Source of the DNA: Oculatellaceae cyanobacterium bins.114
GTDB lineage: Bacteria; Cyanobacteriota; Cyanobacteriia; Elainellales; Elainellaceae
NCBI GenBank assembly: GCA_033764315.1
Contig: JANRJA010000016.1
Location: 1 to 32,204, forward strand
Reading direction: 5' to 3'
Length of the DNA: 32,204 bases
Shown here: one piece after another, positions 8,268 through 17,139 of the stretch
Numbering within the stretch: the first letter of the stretch is position 1
How the letters are laid out: each line of letters begins with the position of its first letter
Translations under genes and position numbers: made by a program
The notes under the pieces: generated by a model
What the model was told of the DNA's origin: nothing
Database searches by the model: none
Seen by the model: the letters and a program-made list of their open reading frames with translations, nothing else

Positions 8268-9476
8268 ATGGCGGTAAATCTCAGTTTTTGCATGATTGTC
8301 AAGAATGAGGCAAAAAACTTGCCCCGCTGCCTCAACAGCGTTCGCACTGTGGCGAATGAGTGGGTGGTGTTAGACACAGGTTCTACTGATGAAACCGTAG
8401 CGATCGCCCAATCATTTGGGGCACAAGTTCACCACTTCACCTGGAACCATGACTTCTCAGCGGCTCGCAACGAAGCCCTCAAGTATGTCAGTGGTGATTG
8501 GGTGTTGGTGCTAGATGCCGATGAAGTGCTGACAGCCGACAGTGTGCCTCTGATTCAGCTGGCGGTGCAGCAAAAAGACTGTTTGGTGATCAACCTACTG
8601 CGACAAGAAGTGGGTGCCGTTCAGTCTCCCTATTCGCTGGTGTCGCGGTTATTTCGGCGGCATCCTGACATTTGCTTTAGTCGCCCCTATCATGCCATGA
8701 TCGACGACAGCGTCACTCAACTGTTAGTGCGAGAACCCCACTGGCAAATTGTGGATTTATCGGAAGTGGCAATTTTGCACTATGGCTATGAACCAGGGGC
8801 GATCGCCAGTCGTGACAAGTTTCACCAGGCTCGTACCACAATGGAACGGTTTTTGGCGTTGAACCCCGGTGATCCCTATGCGTGCAACAAATTGGGTGCT
8901 TTGTATGTCGAGATGGGCAAAGTCGATTATGGTATTGAACTGCTAGAACGAGGCTTGGCGAGCCAACGCCAATCGACTCCGTTGGATGCAGCCGTGTTAT
9001 TTGAATTGCACTATCACTTGGGCATTGCTTACAACCGTCTCAAAGACACTCAACGAGCAGAGCAGCACTACAACGCTGCCACCCAACAACCCATCTTAGA
9101 ACCCTTGAAACTGGGAGCCTATAACAATCTGGGCAGTTTGCAGCAAGCTCAGGGCAACTTTGAAGGGGCAAAAGCCGCCTATGAAGCTGCTCTAGAAGCC
9201 GATCCAGAGTTTGCGATCGGGCACTATAACCTGGGTATGACTCTCAAAGCGATGGGGCAGTTAGAAGACGCGATCGCCCATTATAAAAAAGCCCTGCAAC
9301 TCAACCCAATCTACGCTGAGGCACTGCAAAACTTGGGCGTGGTGCTCCTCAAACTCGGTCGTGTGGAAGAAAGTATGGCGGCCTTTCAACGAGCAATCTT
9401 GCTACATGAACAGCGCAACGTTCAAGAAGCAGAGCGGCTGCGATCGGGCTTGCGACAAATGGGGTTTGAGCTTTAG
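8268..9476 (+). CDS. Glycosyltransferase family 2 protein with C-terminal TPR repeats
   Basis: GT2 motifs LSFCMIVKNEAKNLPRCL, LDTGSTD, DFSAARN, VLDADE (DxD) and ILHYGY. TPR motifs AYNNLG, GHYNLG and ALQNLG. The ATG at 8268 is preferred over the TTG at 8256. Confidence 0.9.
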   Translation: MAVNLSFCMIVKNEAKNLPRCLNSVRTVANEWVVLDTGSTDETVAIAQSFGAQVHHFTWNHDFSAARNEALKYVSGDWVLVLDADEVLTADSVPLIQLAVQQKDCLVINLLRQEVGAVQSPYSLVSRLFRRHPDICFSRPYHAMIDDSVTQLLVREPHWQIVDLSEVAILHYGYEPGAIASRDKFHQARTTMERFLALNPGDPYACNKLGALYVEMGKVDYGIELLERGLASQRQSTPLDAAVLFELHYHLGIAYNRLKDTQRAEQHYNAATQQPILEPLKLGAYNNLGSLQQAQGNFEGAKAAYEAALEADPEFAIGHYNLGMTLKAMGQLEDAIAHYKKALQLNPIYAEALQNLGVVLLKLGRVEESMAAFQRAILLHEQRNVQEAERLRSGLRQMGFEL

Positions 9477-9504
9477 GGAGCTTGGGTTTCAAGAAGGCGA
9501 TCGC

Positions 9505-10638
9505 TTAAGTCGGCGTGACGCTTAACGTGTAATTGGAAGCCGAGCCAACAATGCCGGGATAAACCCGAATGTAGTAGGTATCAAATGGGGAGAGACCTGT
9601 CAGAGTCACACTATCGTTGATGGTTCCCCCATTTCTCGACTGCGCCAGCTTTTGAAATGCCCCATTAAACACCTGAATATCAACGTCATCGCTTAACCCG
9701 CTGACCGTCGCTCGCAGACTGGTAATGCTAGAGTCCAGGTTCAGCACATAAAAATCATTGGTGTCGGGTGAGACGCCTACCCCGTTGGTGATCGATAGAC
9801 CCGTCGCAGTTAGGGTGCCACTGCCTAAGATCGTGCTATCCGTGAAGTTGTCATTGACGCCATCGGGAGGAGATGAAATCAACGAGAGCACATAATTGGT
9901 TGTGCTGCTGCTAAAGGGGATGACACGCGCATAATAGGTTCCCGCTGCCAGGTTGTTGAGGTTCACCGTGTCTGTATTGGCTTGATTGCGGATAGAGCTG
10001 CCAAGTTCGTTAAAGCTGCTGTCATAAATTTCTAAGTCGGCATCTGCCGTTAATCCCGAAATGGAGACACTCAAGTCGCTGGCACTGCTCAATGAAAAGC
10101 GGTAGTAGTCATTCGTATCTCGACCTGATGCACTCGTAAAGCCAATATTATTAGTGATCTGAGTGGGTGTAACAGGCGATGTGCCTGAAATATTGGTCGG
10201 GTCAAAGCGGGCAACATTACCCAGGTTAGAAGCCGTTGCAAAGCTGCCACTATCTGTATCTTGTGAAAGGATAACGGAGAGGCGATAGGCGGTGCGTGCT
10301 CTAGCAATGCCAGGAAACACCCGCACATAATAAATGCCTGGGGCTAGACCACTCAAATCAACTGCATCTGGAGTGGTGCCTGCCAATCGAGAAAGACCGA
10401 GCGATCGCCGAGAGGAGTCATAAACCTGAATATCAGCATCTTGCCGGAGCTGATCCAGTCGGACGACGACATTGCTGCTACTGGCAACCCTAAATTTAAG
10501 GAAGTCGTTGCCATCGCGGACAAAGCGTCCATTCTGGTTGAATCGGAAGCCAATCGTGCCCCGTCGGGAGAGAGTTCGAGTCAAGTTACCCAGATTTTGA
10601 GCCGTCCGAATCGTACCGTTGCGATCGGGGTCTGCCAT
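9505..10638 (-). CDS. Protein with three bacterial pre-peptidase C-terminal (PPC)-like domains
   Basis: Three repeats of the pattern D.ND(F/Y)Y.F...L.GL..D.D(I/L).(V/I)(Y/F)...S...G...D.V.L..L..G.YY.RV.P...Y.LS. Strong AGGAGG RBS. No classical signal peptide. Confidence 0.85.
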   Translation of the reverse strand: MADPDRNGTIRTAQNLGNLTRTLSRRGTIGFRFNQNGRFVRDGNDFLKFRVASSSNVVVRLDQLRQDADIQVYDSSRRSLGLSRLAGTTPDAVDLSGLAPGIYYVRVFPGIARARTAYRLSVILSQDTDSGSFATASNLGNVARFDPTNISGTSPVTPTQITNNIGFTSASGRDTNDYYRFSLSSASDLSVSISGLTADADLEIYDSSFNELGSSIRNQANTDTVNLNNLAAGTYYARVIPFSSSTTNYVLSLISSPPDGVNDNFTDSTILGSGTLTATGLSITNGVGVSPDTNDFYVLNLDSSITSLRATVSGLSDDVDIQVFNGAFQKLAQSRNGGTINDSVTLTGLSPFDTYYIRVYPGIVGSASNYTLSVTPT

Positions 10639-10808
10639 GACTGTGCCTCCTGATTAAAATCGGTTAGCTTCAGTCTAAGGGGGGCAATCCCAATTTAAGC
10701 AGTCTTTATAACAAATTATTCAGGGGGTTAAGTGGCAGAGCCACTTAGGATCGTAGATTAAATAACTTCAGAAACCTCACCCCGCCTACGGCACTCCTCT
10801 CCGACTCG

Positions 10809-11092
10809 GCTACTGTGTACACAGATCTCTGCTTCTTTCCAAATTAGGTGCAGGGTTGTTGCAATCGGGTAAAAACCAGGCATTGGGGGAGACTCCCCCA
10901 AACCCCCATTGGGGGACGCCACTGCCTCCCCCAAACCCCCTAGCAGACAGTGTTTTAGTTCACCCAAAGACGCGCTTCGCATCGGTTCCAAGTTCGGGTG
11001 TTTTGGGCGGGAGCAAGACCTTTGACAAAGGCTCAAAGTCTCCAAATTTAGGAGATTTAGGAAGCTGAGAGAACTTATGTATACACGGTAGC
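10809..11092. mobile_element. 284-bp MITE with 15-bp imperfect TIRs and a perfect 9-bp target-site duplication
   Basis: Left TIR GCTACTGTGTACACA (10809-10823), right TIR TGTATACACGGTAGC (11078-11092). TSD TCCGACTCG at 10800-10808 and 11093-11101. The interior consists of nested palindromic repeats with no transposase. Confidence 0.85.
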
Positions 11093-11131
11093 TCCGACTC
11101 GGACAGGGGCAGGGCGTGAACTCAGTCGAAC

Positions 11132-11235
11132 GCTATACGAGCAAAATCGACTTGCGTCGGTGCAGTAAACCTTTGATTTTGGTAGTCCGCGACGGCGGAC
11201 TTTGCTCTGGTAGCCGCGAATTTATTCGCTGGGCT
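11132..11235. repeat. ~105-bp cyanobacterial structured dispersed repeat, copy 1
   Basis: GAGCAAAATCGACTTGCGTCGG...GTAGTCCGCGACGGCGGACTTTGCTC...TAGCCGCGAATTTATTCGCT; a same-orientation homolog lies at 12279-12398. Confidence 0.8.
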
Positions 11236-11245
11236 GCTTAAACTT

Positions 11246-12247
11246 TTAGGCAAGCAACTGGGCGATCGCCGACTCAATCCAGGCTGTATCAGCGGCGTTA
11301 TAGCCTGGGCCACCCGCCGCATGTCCCCATGCCGATGGCAGCACTCTCAATTCAGCGTTTGGCATGTGTGACACTTCGATCGCACTATCGTCTGGTGGAA
11401 AGTACAAATCAGTTTGACTGGGCATAACGATCGCCTTGGCTCGAAGCGATCGCAGTGCCCGCACAAAATCACCCTCATACAGAGGATTGGCACTGATGTC
11501 AGCGTGTTGCCAACTCCAGATCATGGCCAACAGATTATTTGCATCCCAGGTTAAATGGTCGTCTTCCCACCATTTCAGCAATGCCTCAACGGTTTCAAAC
11601 CCCAGGTTTCGATATAGCCCTTCTCGATAAAACGTTTGTGAATACGCCCAACCTGCATAGACTCGGCCAAATGCTTTGAGTCCTGCTATGGGTGGCTGAG
11701 TATAACGGCCGTTTTGCCAGGTGGCATCGGCGGTTAAAGCCGCTTTAAGCCCCTCTAAAAACACGCCATTATGCACTGAGGTTTTTGCCGAACCGCAATA
11801 CGGGAGAATGCACTCAACGCGATCGGGATAGAGGGCTGCCCAGTGATAAGCCTGCTGTGCCCCCATCGACCACCCCAACACCAGCCTGATCTGCTCAATG
11901 CCAAACTGTTCAGTCACTAAGCGACACTGACACCGAACATTGTCGTACAACGTCACCCCTGGAAACGCTGTAGAGTCTGCCAGATGACTGGGCGAGGACG
12001 ACAGCCCATTACCAAATAGATTGGGGATGATAATGAAATAGTGATCGGGGTCGAGGGCACGTCCCGATCCAATCAAAGCGGCATTACTGCGATGAGTGCC
12101 GCCATAGTGGGTTGGAAAAATAATAACGTTATCTTTTTGAGGATTCAGTGCACCGTAGGTTGTGTAAGCAAGCTTTGCATCCCGCAAAATCTCACCCGAC
12201 TGTAGCCGGATATCGCCTAACTCGTATAGTTTGTAATCAGTGGTCAT
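11246..12247 (-). CDS. Alpha/beta-fold hydrolase of the homoserine O-acetyltransferase (MetX)-like family
   Basis: LQSGEILRDAKLAYTTYG, NLFGNGLSSSPS, nucleophile elbow GWSMG, Asp in DLYFP and His in WGHAAG. It has PTHYGG in place of the HALTG motif of true MetX. Confidence 0.85.
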   Translation of the reverse strand: MTTDYKLYELGDIRLQSGEILRDAKLAYTTYGALNPQKDNVIIFPTHYGGTHRSNAALIGSGRALDPDHYFIIIPNLFGNGLSSSPSHLADSTAFPGVTLYDNVRCQCRLVTEQFGIEQIRLVLGWSMGAQQAYHWAALYPDRVECILPYCGSAKTSVHNGVFLEGLKAALTADATWQNGRYTQPPIAGLKAFGRVYAGWAYSQTFYREGLYRNLGFETVEALLKWWEDDHLTWDANNLLAMIWSWQHADISANPLYEGDFVRALRSLRAKAIVMPSQTDLYFPPDDSAIEVSHMPNAELRVLPSAWGHAAGGPGYNAADTAWIESAIAQLLA

Positions 12248-12278
12248 CGGTTAACGTGAATTTGGGATCAGGATTGTG

Positions 12279-12398
12279 GCGGTTGAAACCGCAACTACAG
12301 GAGCAAAAACGACCTGCGTCGGTTCACTCAACCCTTGATTCTCCGTAGTTCGCGAAGGCGAACTTCGCTCTGATAGCTGCGAATTTATTCGCTAGGCT
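12279..12398. repeat. Cyanobacterial structured dispersed repeat, copy 2
   Basis: GCGGTTGAAACCGC hairpin followed by GAGCAAAAACGACCTGCGTCGG...GTAGTTCGCGAAGGCGAACTTCGCTC...GCGAATTTATTCGCT. Confidence 0.8.
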
Positions 12399-12420
12399 CT
12401 TAAACCGAACTAACGTTCGG

Positions 12421-13275
12421 TTAGTGATTGGTCTGGTCTGCCCAGGGGGTGAGTAATGCCGAAATCCATTTCAACCCGTAGTCAATCAACACCCCAATTA
12501 AACCGATCAGGGCAATGCAAAAAAATACTTTCTCAGTCTGCAAAAACCGTTGAGCCTGCCAAATCTTAAAGCCCAAACCATATTGGGCTGCTACTAACTC
12601 TGCAATCACCAGATAGTTCCAGGCTCCAGCAATATTCACGCGCACTGTGTCGAGCACATTGGGAAACGTTGCAGGCAAAATTACCTTCAATAAAACATCC
12701 CGGCGATTGGCTCCTAATGTATAAGCCACGTTGATCAGCTCATTAGGAATAAATTTCACCGCATCCGCAACCATCATGGTGTTATATAGCACGACTCCCA
12801 AAAACACAATTAACACTTTGGCATCTTCACCCAACCCAACCCAAATAATGATCAGGGGCACAAATGCCATTACTGGCATATAGCGAACGGTGCCAACAAT
12901 GGGTGCAAACAGGCTATCCATGCTATAAAACGTGCCCATCGCAATTCCCATTGGCACGCCAATGATCACCGACAGCAAAAATCCACCCGCAACGCGTCCA
13001 CAACTGGCTAAGACATCAATCATTAGCCCTTCTTGAAACATCGTAATCCCCGCTTGCAACACAGCAAACGGAGTGGGTAGAAACATATCATTGACCCACC
13101 CGGTCATGCTGATGGCCGTCCACAACAACAGGGGAACGGAGAGCGATAGCGTCATGATCAATAGGGATAACCACCGGGGAAATCCTTGGCGAATACTCCA
13201 GAAGACGGATGATTTTAAATATCGTTTTTCGGAAGGAGATGATGAGAGGGGAGTGGTAAGGCTGGATTGCGCCAC
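12421..13275 (-). CDS. ABC transporter permease, NitT/TauT (TauC/SsuC-like) family
   Basis: Multiple TM segments, FLPTP, RYMPVMAFVPLIIIWVG, EAA-like loop ELINVAYTLGANRRDVLLKVILPATFP, and LVIAELVAAQYGLG. Confidence 0.92.
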   Translation of the reverse strand: MAQSSLTTPLSSSPSEKRYLKSSVFWSIRQGFPRWLSLLIMTLSLSVPLLLWTAISMTGWVNDMFLPTPFAVLQAGITMFQEGLMIDVLASCGRVAGGFLLSVIIGVPMGIAMGTFYSMDSLFAPIVGTVRYMPVMAFVPLIIIWVGLGEDAKVLIVFLGVVLYNTMMVADAVKFIPNELINVAYTLGANRRDVLLKVILPATFPNVLDTVRVNIAGAWNYLVIAELVAAQYGLGFKIWQAQRFLQTEKVFFCIALIGLIGVLIDYGLKWISALLTPWADQTNH

Positions 13276-13315
13276 GGTTTATGTTTCCTCAGTGAGTATT
13301 GAAATAGAAGGTGAA

Positions 13316-14674
13316 CTAGAAAAACTTGAGATATCGCTGAATCTCCCAATCTGAAATGTGATTGTGATATTCCTGCCATTCCTCTGATTTAAACCGGACG
13401 TAAGTTTCATACATTAAGGGGCCCATCACGGTTTCACTCAGCGGGTCAGTCGCGAAGGCATTAATCGCATCTCCTAATGTGCGTGGTAAAGAATTAATAC
13501 CCTTTTGAGACAGTTCAATCAGTGAGTAGTTATACATGTTTTCGGTGTGAGGTTCCCCAGGGTCGAGTTCTTCGCGAATGCCCTCTAGACCCGCTGCCAA
13601 AATCATGGCGGCTCCCAGATACAAATTTGTCGAGATATCGGCGGCACGACACTCGACTCGTCCACCACCTAAGGGAATCCGCAGCATGTTGGTGCGGTTA
13701 TTGTTGCCATAGCAGATATAGACAGGAGCCCAGGTAAAGCCAGACATATTACCCTGTTTTACCAATCGCTTATAGCTGTTGACGGTGGGGGCAATCAGGG
13801 CACAAATTGCAGGCGCGTGCTTAAGAACCCCAGCAATGAATTGATAGCCCAATTTAGATAAGCCACACTTGCGGGGGTCATTGGGGTCAGCAAACAGGTT
13901 TTCTCCTGTTTTGGCGTGTGCCAGTGACATGTTGTAGTGGGCACCGCTGCCAGTGCGATCGCGAAAAGGTTTGGGCATGAAGGTGGCAAAATAGCCATGT
14001 TTTTTGGCGATTTCTTTGACCATCAACCGGAAAAACGTGAGCCGATCCGCCATTTTGAGGGCATCACAGTAGGCAAAGTCAGTTTCAAATTGTCCATTAC
14101 CATCTTCATGGTCAAAGGAATAGACATCCCACCCTAAGTGGTTCATGGCCTCGACAATTTCTGTCACCCAGACGTAGTTATCGAGTAGCGCAGGCAGGTC
14201 ATAGCAGGGTTTTGCCAGAGTATCCAGGTCACTGATTGGGGCAAAACCATCGGCTGTCTCTTTGAGGATGTAAAACTCGGTTTCGATGCCCAGGTTAAAG
14301 GTATACCCCATGTCAGCAGCTTGGGCGAGCACTTTTTTGAGAATGCTGCGACAACAGGCTTCAAAGGGTTCGCCTTTGAGATATAAGTCGCTAGCAAACC
14401 AGGCAAATTTAGGATTCCAGGGCAACACCATCACCGAGGACAGATCAGGACGGGCAGACACTTCTTCGTCGCTGACATCCTGAGGTACTCCATCAAGGGC
14501 TGCCCCGGTGAATAGCTCGGAGCCTGCCACCATCTGTGATAAATGGGAGAGGGGCACGGCTTTGGCTTTGCACATGCCGTGAATATCGACAAAGCTGGCG
14601 AGGGCATATTTGACGCCTTGCTCTTCGAGGGAGGTTTTGAGGGTTTGCAGTTCTGGGGTGAGATAGTCAGCCAT
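13316..14674 (-). CDS. glnT: GlnT/GmaS-type glutamine-synthetase-like ligase (probable gamma-glutamyl-amide synthetase)
   Basis: GS signature motifs GIETEF, DHEDGNGQFE, ATFMPKP...TGSGAH, NNRTNMLRIP and RVECR. SGFTWAP replaces the GYEAP glutamate flap, and KYALASFVDIHG and LPWNPKFAW resemble GmaS/GlnT. Confidence 0.88.
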   Translation of the reverse strand: MADYLTPELQTLKTSLEEQGVKYALASFVDIHGMCKAKAVPLSHLSQMVAGSELFTGAALDGVPQDVSDEEVSARPDLSSVMVLPWNPKFAWFASDLYLKGEPFEACCRSILKKVLAQAADMGYTFNLGIETEFYILKETADGFAPISDLDTLAKPCYDLPALLDNYVWVTEIVEAMNHLGWDVYSFDHEDGNGQFETDFAYCDALKMADRLTFFRLMVKEIAKKHGYFATFMPKPFRDRTGSGAHYNMSLAHAKTGENLFADPNDPRKCGLSKLGYQFIAGVLKHAPAICALIAPTVNSYKRLVKQGNMSGFTWAPVYICYGNNNRTNMLRIPLGGGRVECRAADISTNLYLGAAMILAAGLEGIREELDPGEPHTENMYNYSLIELSQKGINSLPRTLGDAINAFATDPLSETVMGPLMYETYVRFKSEEWQEYHNHISDWEIQRYLKFF

Positions 14675-14679
14675 GATTC

Positions 14680-14754
14680 AAAAACGAAGAGTGAAGAACG
14701 AAAAACGAAGGAGAAGAGATGCGATTAACCGCGTTCCTTCTCCTTCATCCTTCC
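14680..14754. repeat. Short heptamer-type tandem repeats (STRR-like) forming an imperfect inverted pair
   Basis: AAAACGAAGAGTGAAGAACGAAAAACGAAGGAGAAG ... TTCCTTCTCCTTCATCCTTCC. Confidence 0.5.
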
Positions 14755-14865
14755 ATAGGTGGTGGCATTTCTTTTAAAGGGGTGCCTTCTTTAAGGGCGT
14801 TTTGAAGTGGGGTGTTGAGGTCACGCATATCGGTTGCCAAGATTTGGGGTCAAAGGGTTCTTCTC

Positions 14866-16026
14866 CTACTTCCTGCCTTTTCCCTGAATCGCCTGCATGA
14901 TCAACTCCTGAAACAGGTGGGTTCCCATTTCCCGTGTTGGGGACAGTCGTCCCGGTTTGTAGCCAAGTGACTGCACTCGTTTTTGGATTTCGGGCAACAG
15001 ACGCAGGTCTTCTTTTTGAATTTTGTCGCCAAAGTCGATTAAAGGCTGAACGTTGTCTTGTGAGGTGGCGATCGCCGTATTGGGCACCAGCCAATCCCAA
15101 CGAATGCGAGTCTTGGTCGGTCCTTGTGGGTCGATCAGATAAATAATGGCGTAACCGGGTGAGAGAATCCAGGCAAAGTTAGGGAAAAAGCTCATGACCG
15201 CGAGCCGTTTCATCTCATCTGGGTTTAGACCTGGCATGTGCAGATCTGGGTCGGCTAAAAACCATTCATCGCCTTCGGTCAATGCGGGGGTGAATTGTAA
15301 ATAGTGGTGATGGCGTGCCTCCGCGATGTTGTGTTTGTAATAACGAATCAGGCTGGGGTGAACAATTGGTTCGTGATAATATTCGGCATTGTTTTCGACA
15401 TAGAGCTTCCAGTTGGTATCTAGCCAATAGTCAATGCTGTGAACCCGGGCCCAGGTGTCGAGTTGATAGCGTTGAAACAGGCTAGGGAGGTCACCGAGTT
15501 GGGCTGCCAGAGATTGAGCCTGGGGGTCGAGGTTGACGAAAATGAACGGGCCCCAAGTGTCGATTTGCACGGAGGTCAGCCCATAGTCGGTGGCGTCAAA
15601 GTTTTCAGCCGCCTCCATATCGGGGATGCCGCGTAGATTGCCGTCGAGGTCAAAACTCCAGGCGTGATAGAGACACGTGAGGTGATTACATTTGCCACTT
15701 CCCAGGGCTAGTGGCCCAGCCCGATGAGTGCAGATGTTAAAGAAAGCCCGCAGTTCTCCTGCTTTGTTTTTGAGAATAATCAGGGGTTGTTCGGCGACAT
15801 CAAGGGTGAAGTAAGAGCCAGATCCCTCAAGTTGGCTAATGTGCCCAACGTAATACCAATATTTACCAAAGACATACTGTTGTTCAAGATGATAAACATC
15901 AGCAGAAAAGTACATTTCTGCGGGCAGAGATACTGCTGCTTGGTGGAGCGATCGCGGCTGCCATGTGCGTAACCAGTCTAATCGCGACCCAGTCTCTGGT
16001 TGCGTTTGTATCGTCATAATCGGCAA
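14866..16026 (-). CDS. Rieske non-heme iron oxygenase alpha subunit (choline monooxygenase/CntA/GbcA-like group)
   Basis: Rieske ligands NICTHRAG...LTCLYHAWSF, mononuclear Fe motif NWKLYVENNAEYYHEPIVH, FPN and QKED. The start may be the GTG at 16026 or the ATG three codons later. Confidence 0.92.
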   Translation of the reverse strand: MPIMTIQTQPETGSRLDWLRTWQPRSLHQAAVSLPAEMYFSADVYHLEQQYVFGKYWYYVGHISQLEGSGSYFTLDVAEQPLIILKNKAGELRAFFNICTHRAGPLALGSGKCNHLTCLYHAWSFDLDGNLRGIPDMEAAENFDATDYGLTSVQIDTWGPFIFVNLDPQAQSLAAQLGDLPSLFQRYQLDTWARVHSIDYWLDTNWKLYVENNAEYYHEPIVHPSLIRYYKHNIAEARHHHYLQFTPALTEGDEWFLADPDLHMPGLNPDEMKRLAVMSFFPNFAWILSPGYAIIYLIDPQGPTKTRIRWDWLVPNTAIATSQDNVQPLIDFGDKIQKEDLRLLPEIQKRVQSLGYKPGRLSPTREMGTHLFQELIMQAIQGKGRK

Positions 16027-16094
16027 ACCTTCACACCAATATTTACGGGTTTGATTTCAGCTTAAATCAACATAACTTAATGTGTTCCCCGAAT

Positions 16095-16135
16095 AGTGTA
16101 TAAGGCTGTGGGTTGATTTTTGTATTACAAAATAC
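16095..16135 (-). promoter_or_regulatory. Canonical class II NtcA-activated promoter for the Rieske-glnT-permease-hydrolase operon
   Basis: Perfect GTA-N8-TAC (GTATTACAAAATAC, 16122-16135). On the minus strand, 21 nt later, a TAN3T -10 box TACACT (16100-16095) points toward the Rieske gene. Confidence 0.75.
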
Positions 16136-16284
16136 TTCTAGTCGAGGAATACACCCTGATCAATACGGAGACTGTTTTTTTGACATCCAGACAAGTGTAT
16201 CGGAGTTAACACTTGATCTCGCTTTCATCCGCTTAACTGAGAGAGTATTATCGATCTACTTCAGGCTCTTGACCGGAATCTACC

Positions 16285-17127
16285 ATGTTAAACGTTCGCC
16301 CTTTGCATGTCGTGGGAAAGCCCAATGCTCAAGCTATGTATGATGTTGATGGGTTGCGATCGCCTCATCTTCCCAAAATGCAAGTGCGCGATGTTTACAA
16401 GTCTTTTTCGGTGCAGGGCAAGCCATTGATGGTGTTGCAAAACATCAATTTGCAGCTCTATTCCAGAGAGTTTGTTTGTTTAGTCGGCACATCAGGGTGT
16501 GGCAAATCGACCCTGCTCAACATCGTCGCCGGATTAGTCTCACCATCGGCTGGTCAGGTGTTAGTGGATGGGGATGTGGTGGCAGGCCCTGGTTCTGATC
16601 GGGGCATGGTGTTTCAAGGCTATACCCTCTATCCGTGGCTGACGGTGGCTGAAAATATTGCCTTTGGCTTGCAGTTAAAAAGAATGCCCAAGGCTGAACA
16701 GCGAGAGCGAGTAGATTATTATCTGGATGTGGTGGGGTTGACTCAGTTTGCTCATGCCTATCCTAAGCAGCTTTCAGGGGGAATGAAACAACGAGTGGCG
16801 ATCGCCCGTGCCCTGGCCAATGAACCCGAAGTGCTGTTGATGGATGAACCGTTTGGGGCACTCGACGCGCAAACCAAAGAGCAACTGCAACAATTTTTGC
16901 TAGATCTGTGGGAACGCACTCACATCACTGTGTTGATGATCACCCATGATGTCGAAGAGGCAATTTTTCTGTCGCAACGAGTGTATGTAATGAGCAGTCG
17001 CCCCGGTCGGCTCAAGTTAGAGGTGCCGATCGCTCTGCCAGAACACCGTGACCTGGAGATTAAGCTCTCGCCTGAGTTTGTAGAGATCAAGCGAGATATC
17101 ATTCATGCCTTGCGGGATGAAGCGTAA
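16285..17127 (+). CDS. ABC transporter ATP-binding protein, NitT/TauT (TauB/SsuB/NrtD-like)
   Basis: Walker [24 protein letters not shown], signature [15 protein letters not shown], Walker [12 protein letters not shown] and ITHDVEEA. Confidence 0.95.
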   Translation: MLNVRPLHVVGKPNAQAMYDVDGLRSPHLPKMQVRDVYKSFSVQGKPLMVLQNINLQLYSREFVCLVGTSGCGKSTLLNIVAGLVSPSAGQVLVDGDVVAGPGSDRGMVFQGYTLYPWLTVAENIAFGLQLKRMPKAEQRERVDYYLDVVGLTQFAHAYPKQLSGGMKQRVAIARALANEPEVLLMDEPFGALDAQTKEQLQQFLLDLWERTHITVLMITHDVEEAIFLSQRVYVMSSRPGRLKLEVPIALPEHRDLEIKLSPEFVEIKRDIIHALRDEA

Positions 17128-17139
17128 GAGAGTGAGCAC

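Noticed and set aside
10758-11068. ORFs on both strands inside the MITE
   Set aside because: They are translations of G/C-run palindromes with no transposase motifs.
11246-12247. Assignment as metX (methionine biosynthesis)
   Set aside because: It lacks the HALTG motif and its context is N-regulated catabolism; only the fold family is supported.
13316-14674. Assignment as glnA or cyanobacterial glnN
   Set aside because: The flap Glu is replaced by Trp, and it is far shorter than GlnN-type GSIII.
16027-16284. Riboswitch (e.g. guanidine or glutamine) upstream of the N cluster
   Set aside because: I recognised no conserved aptamer motif; an Rfam/Infernal scan would be needed to exclude one.
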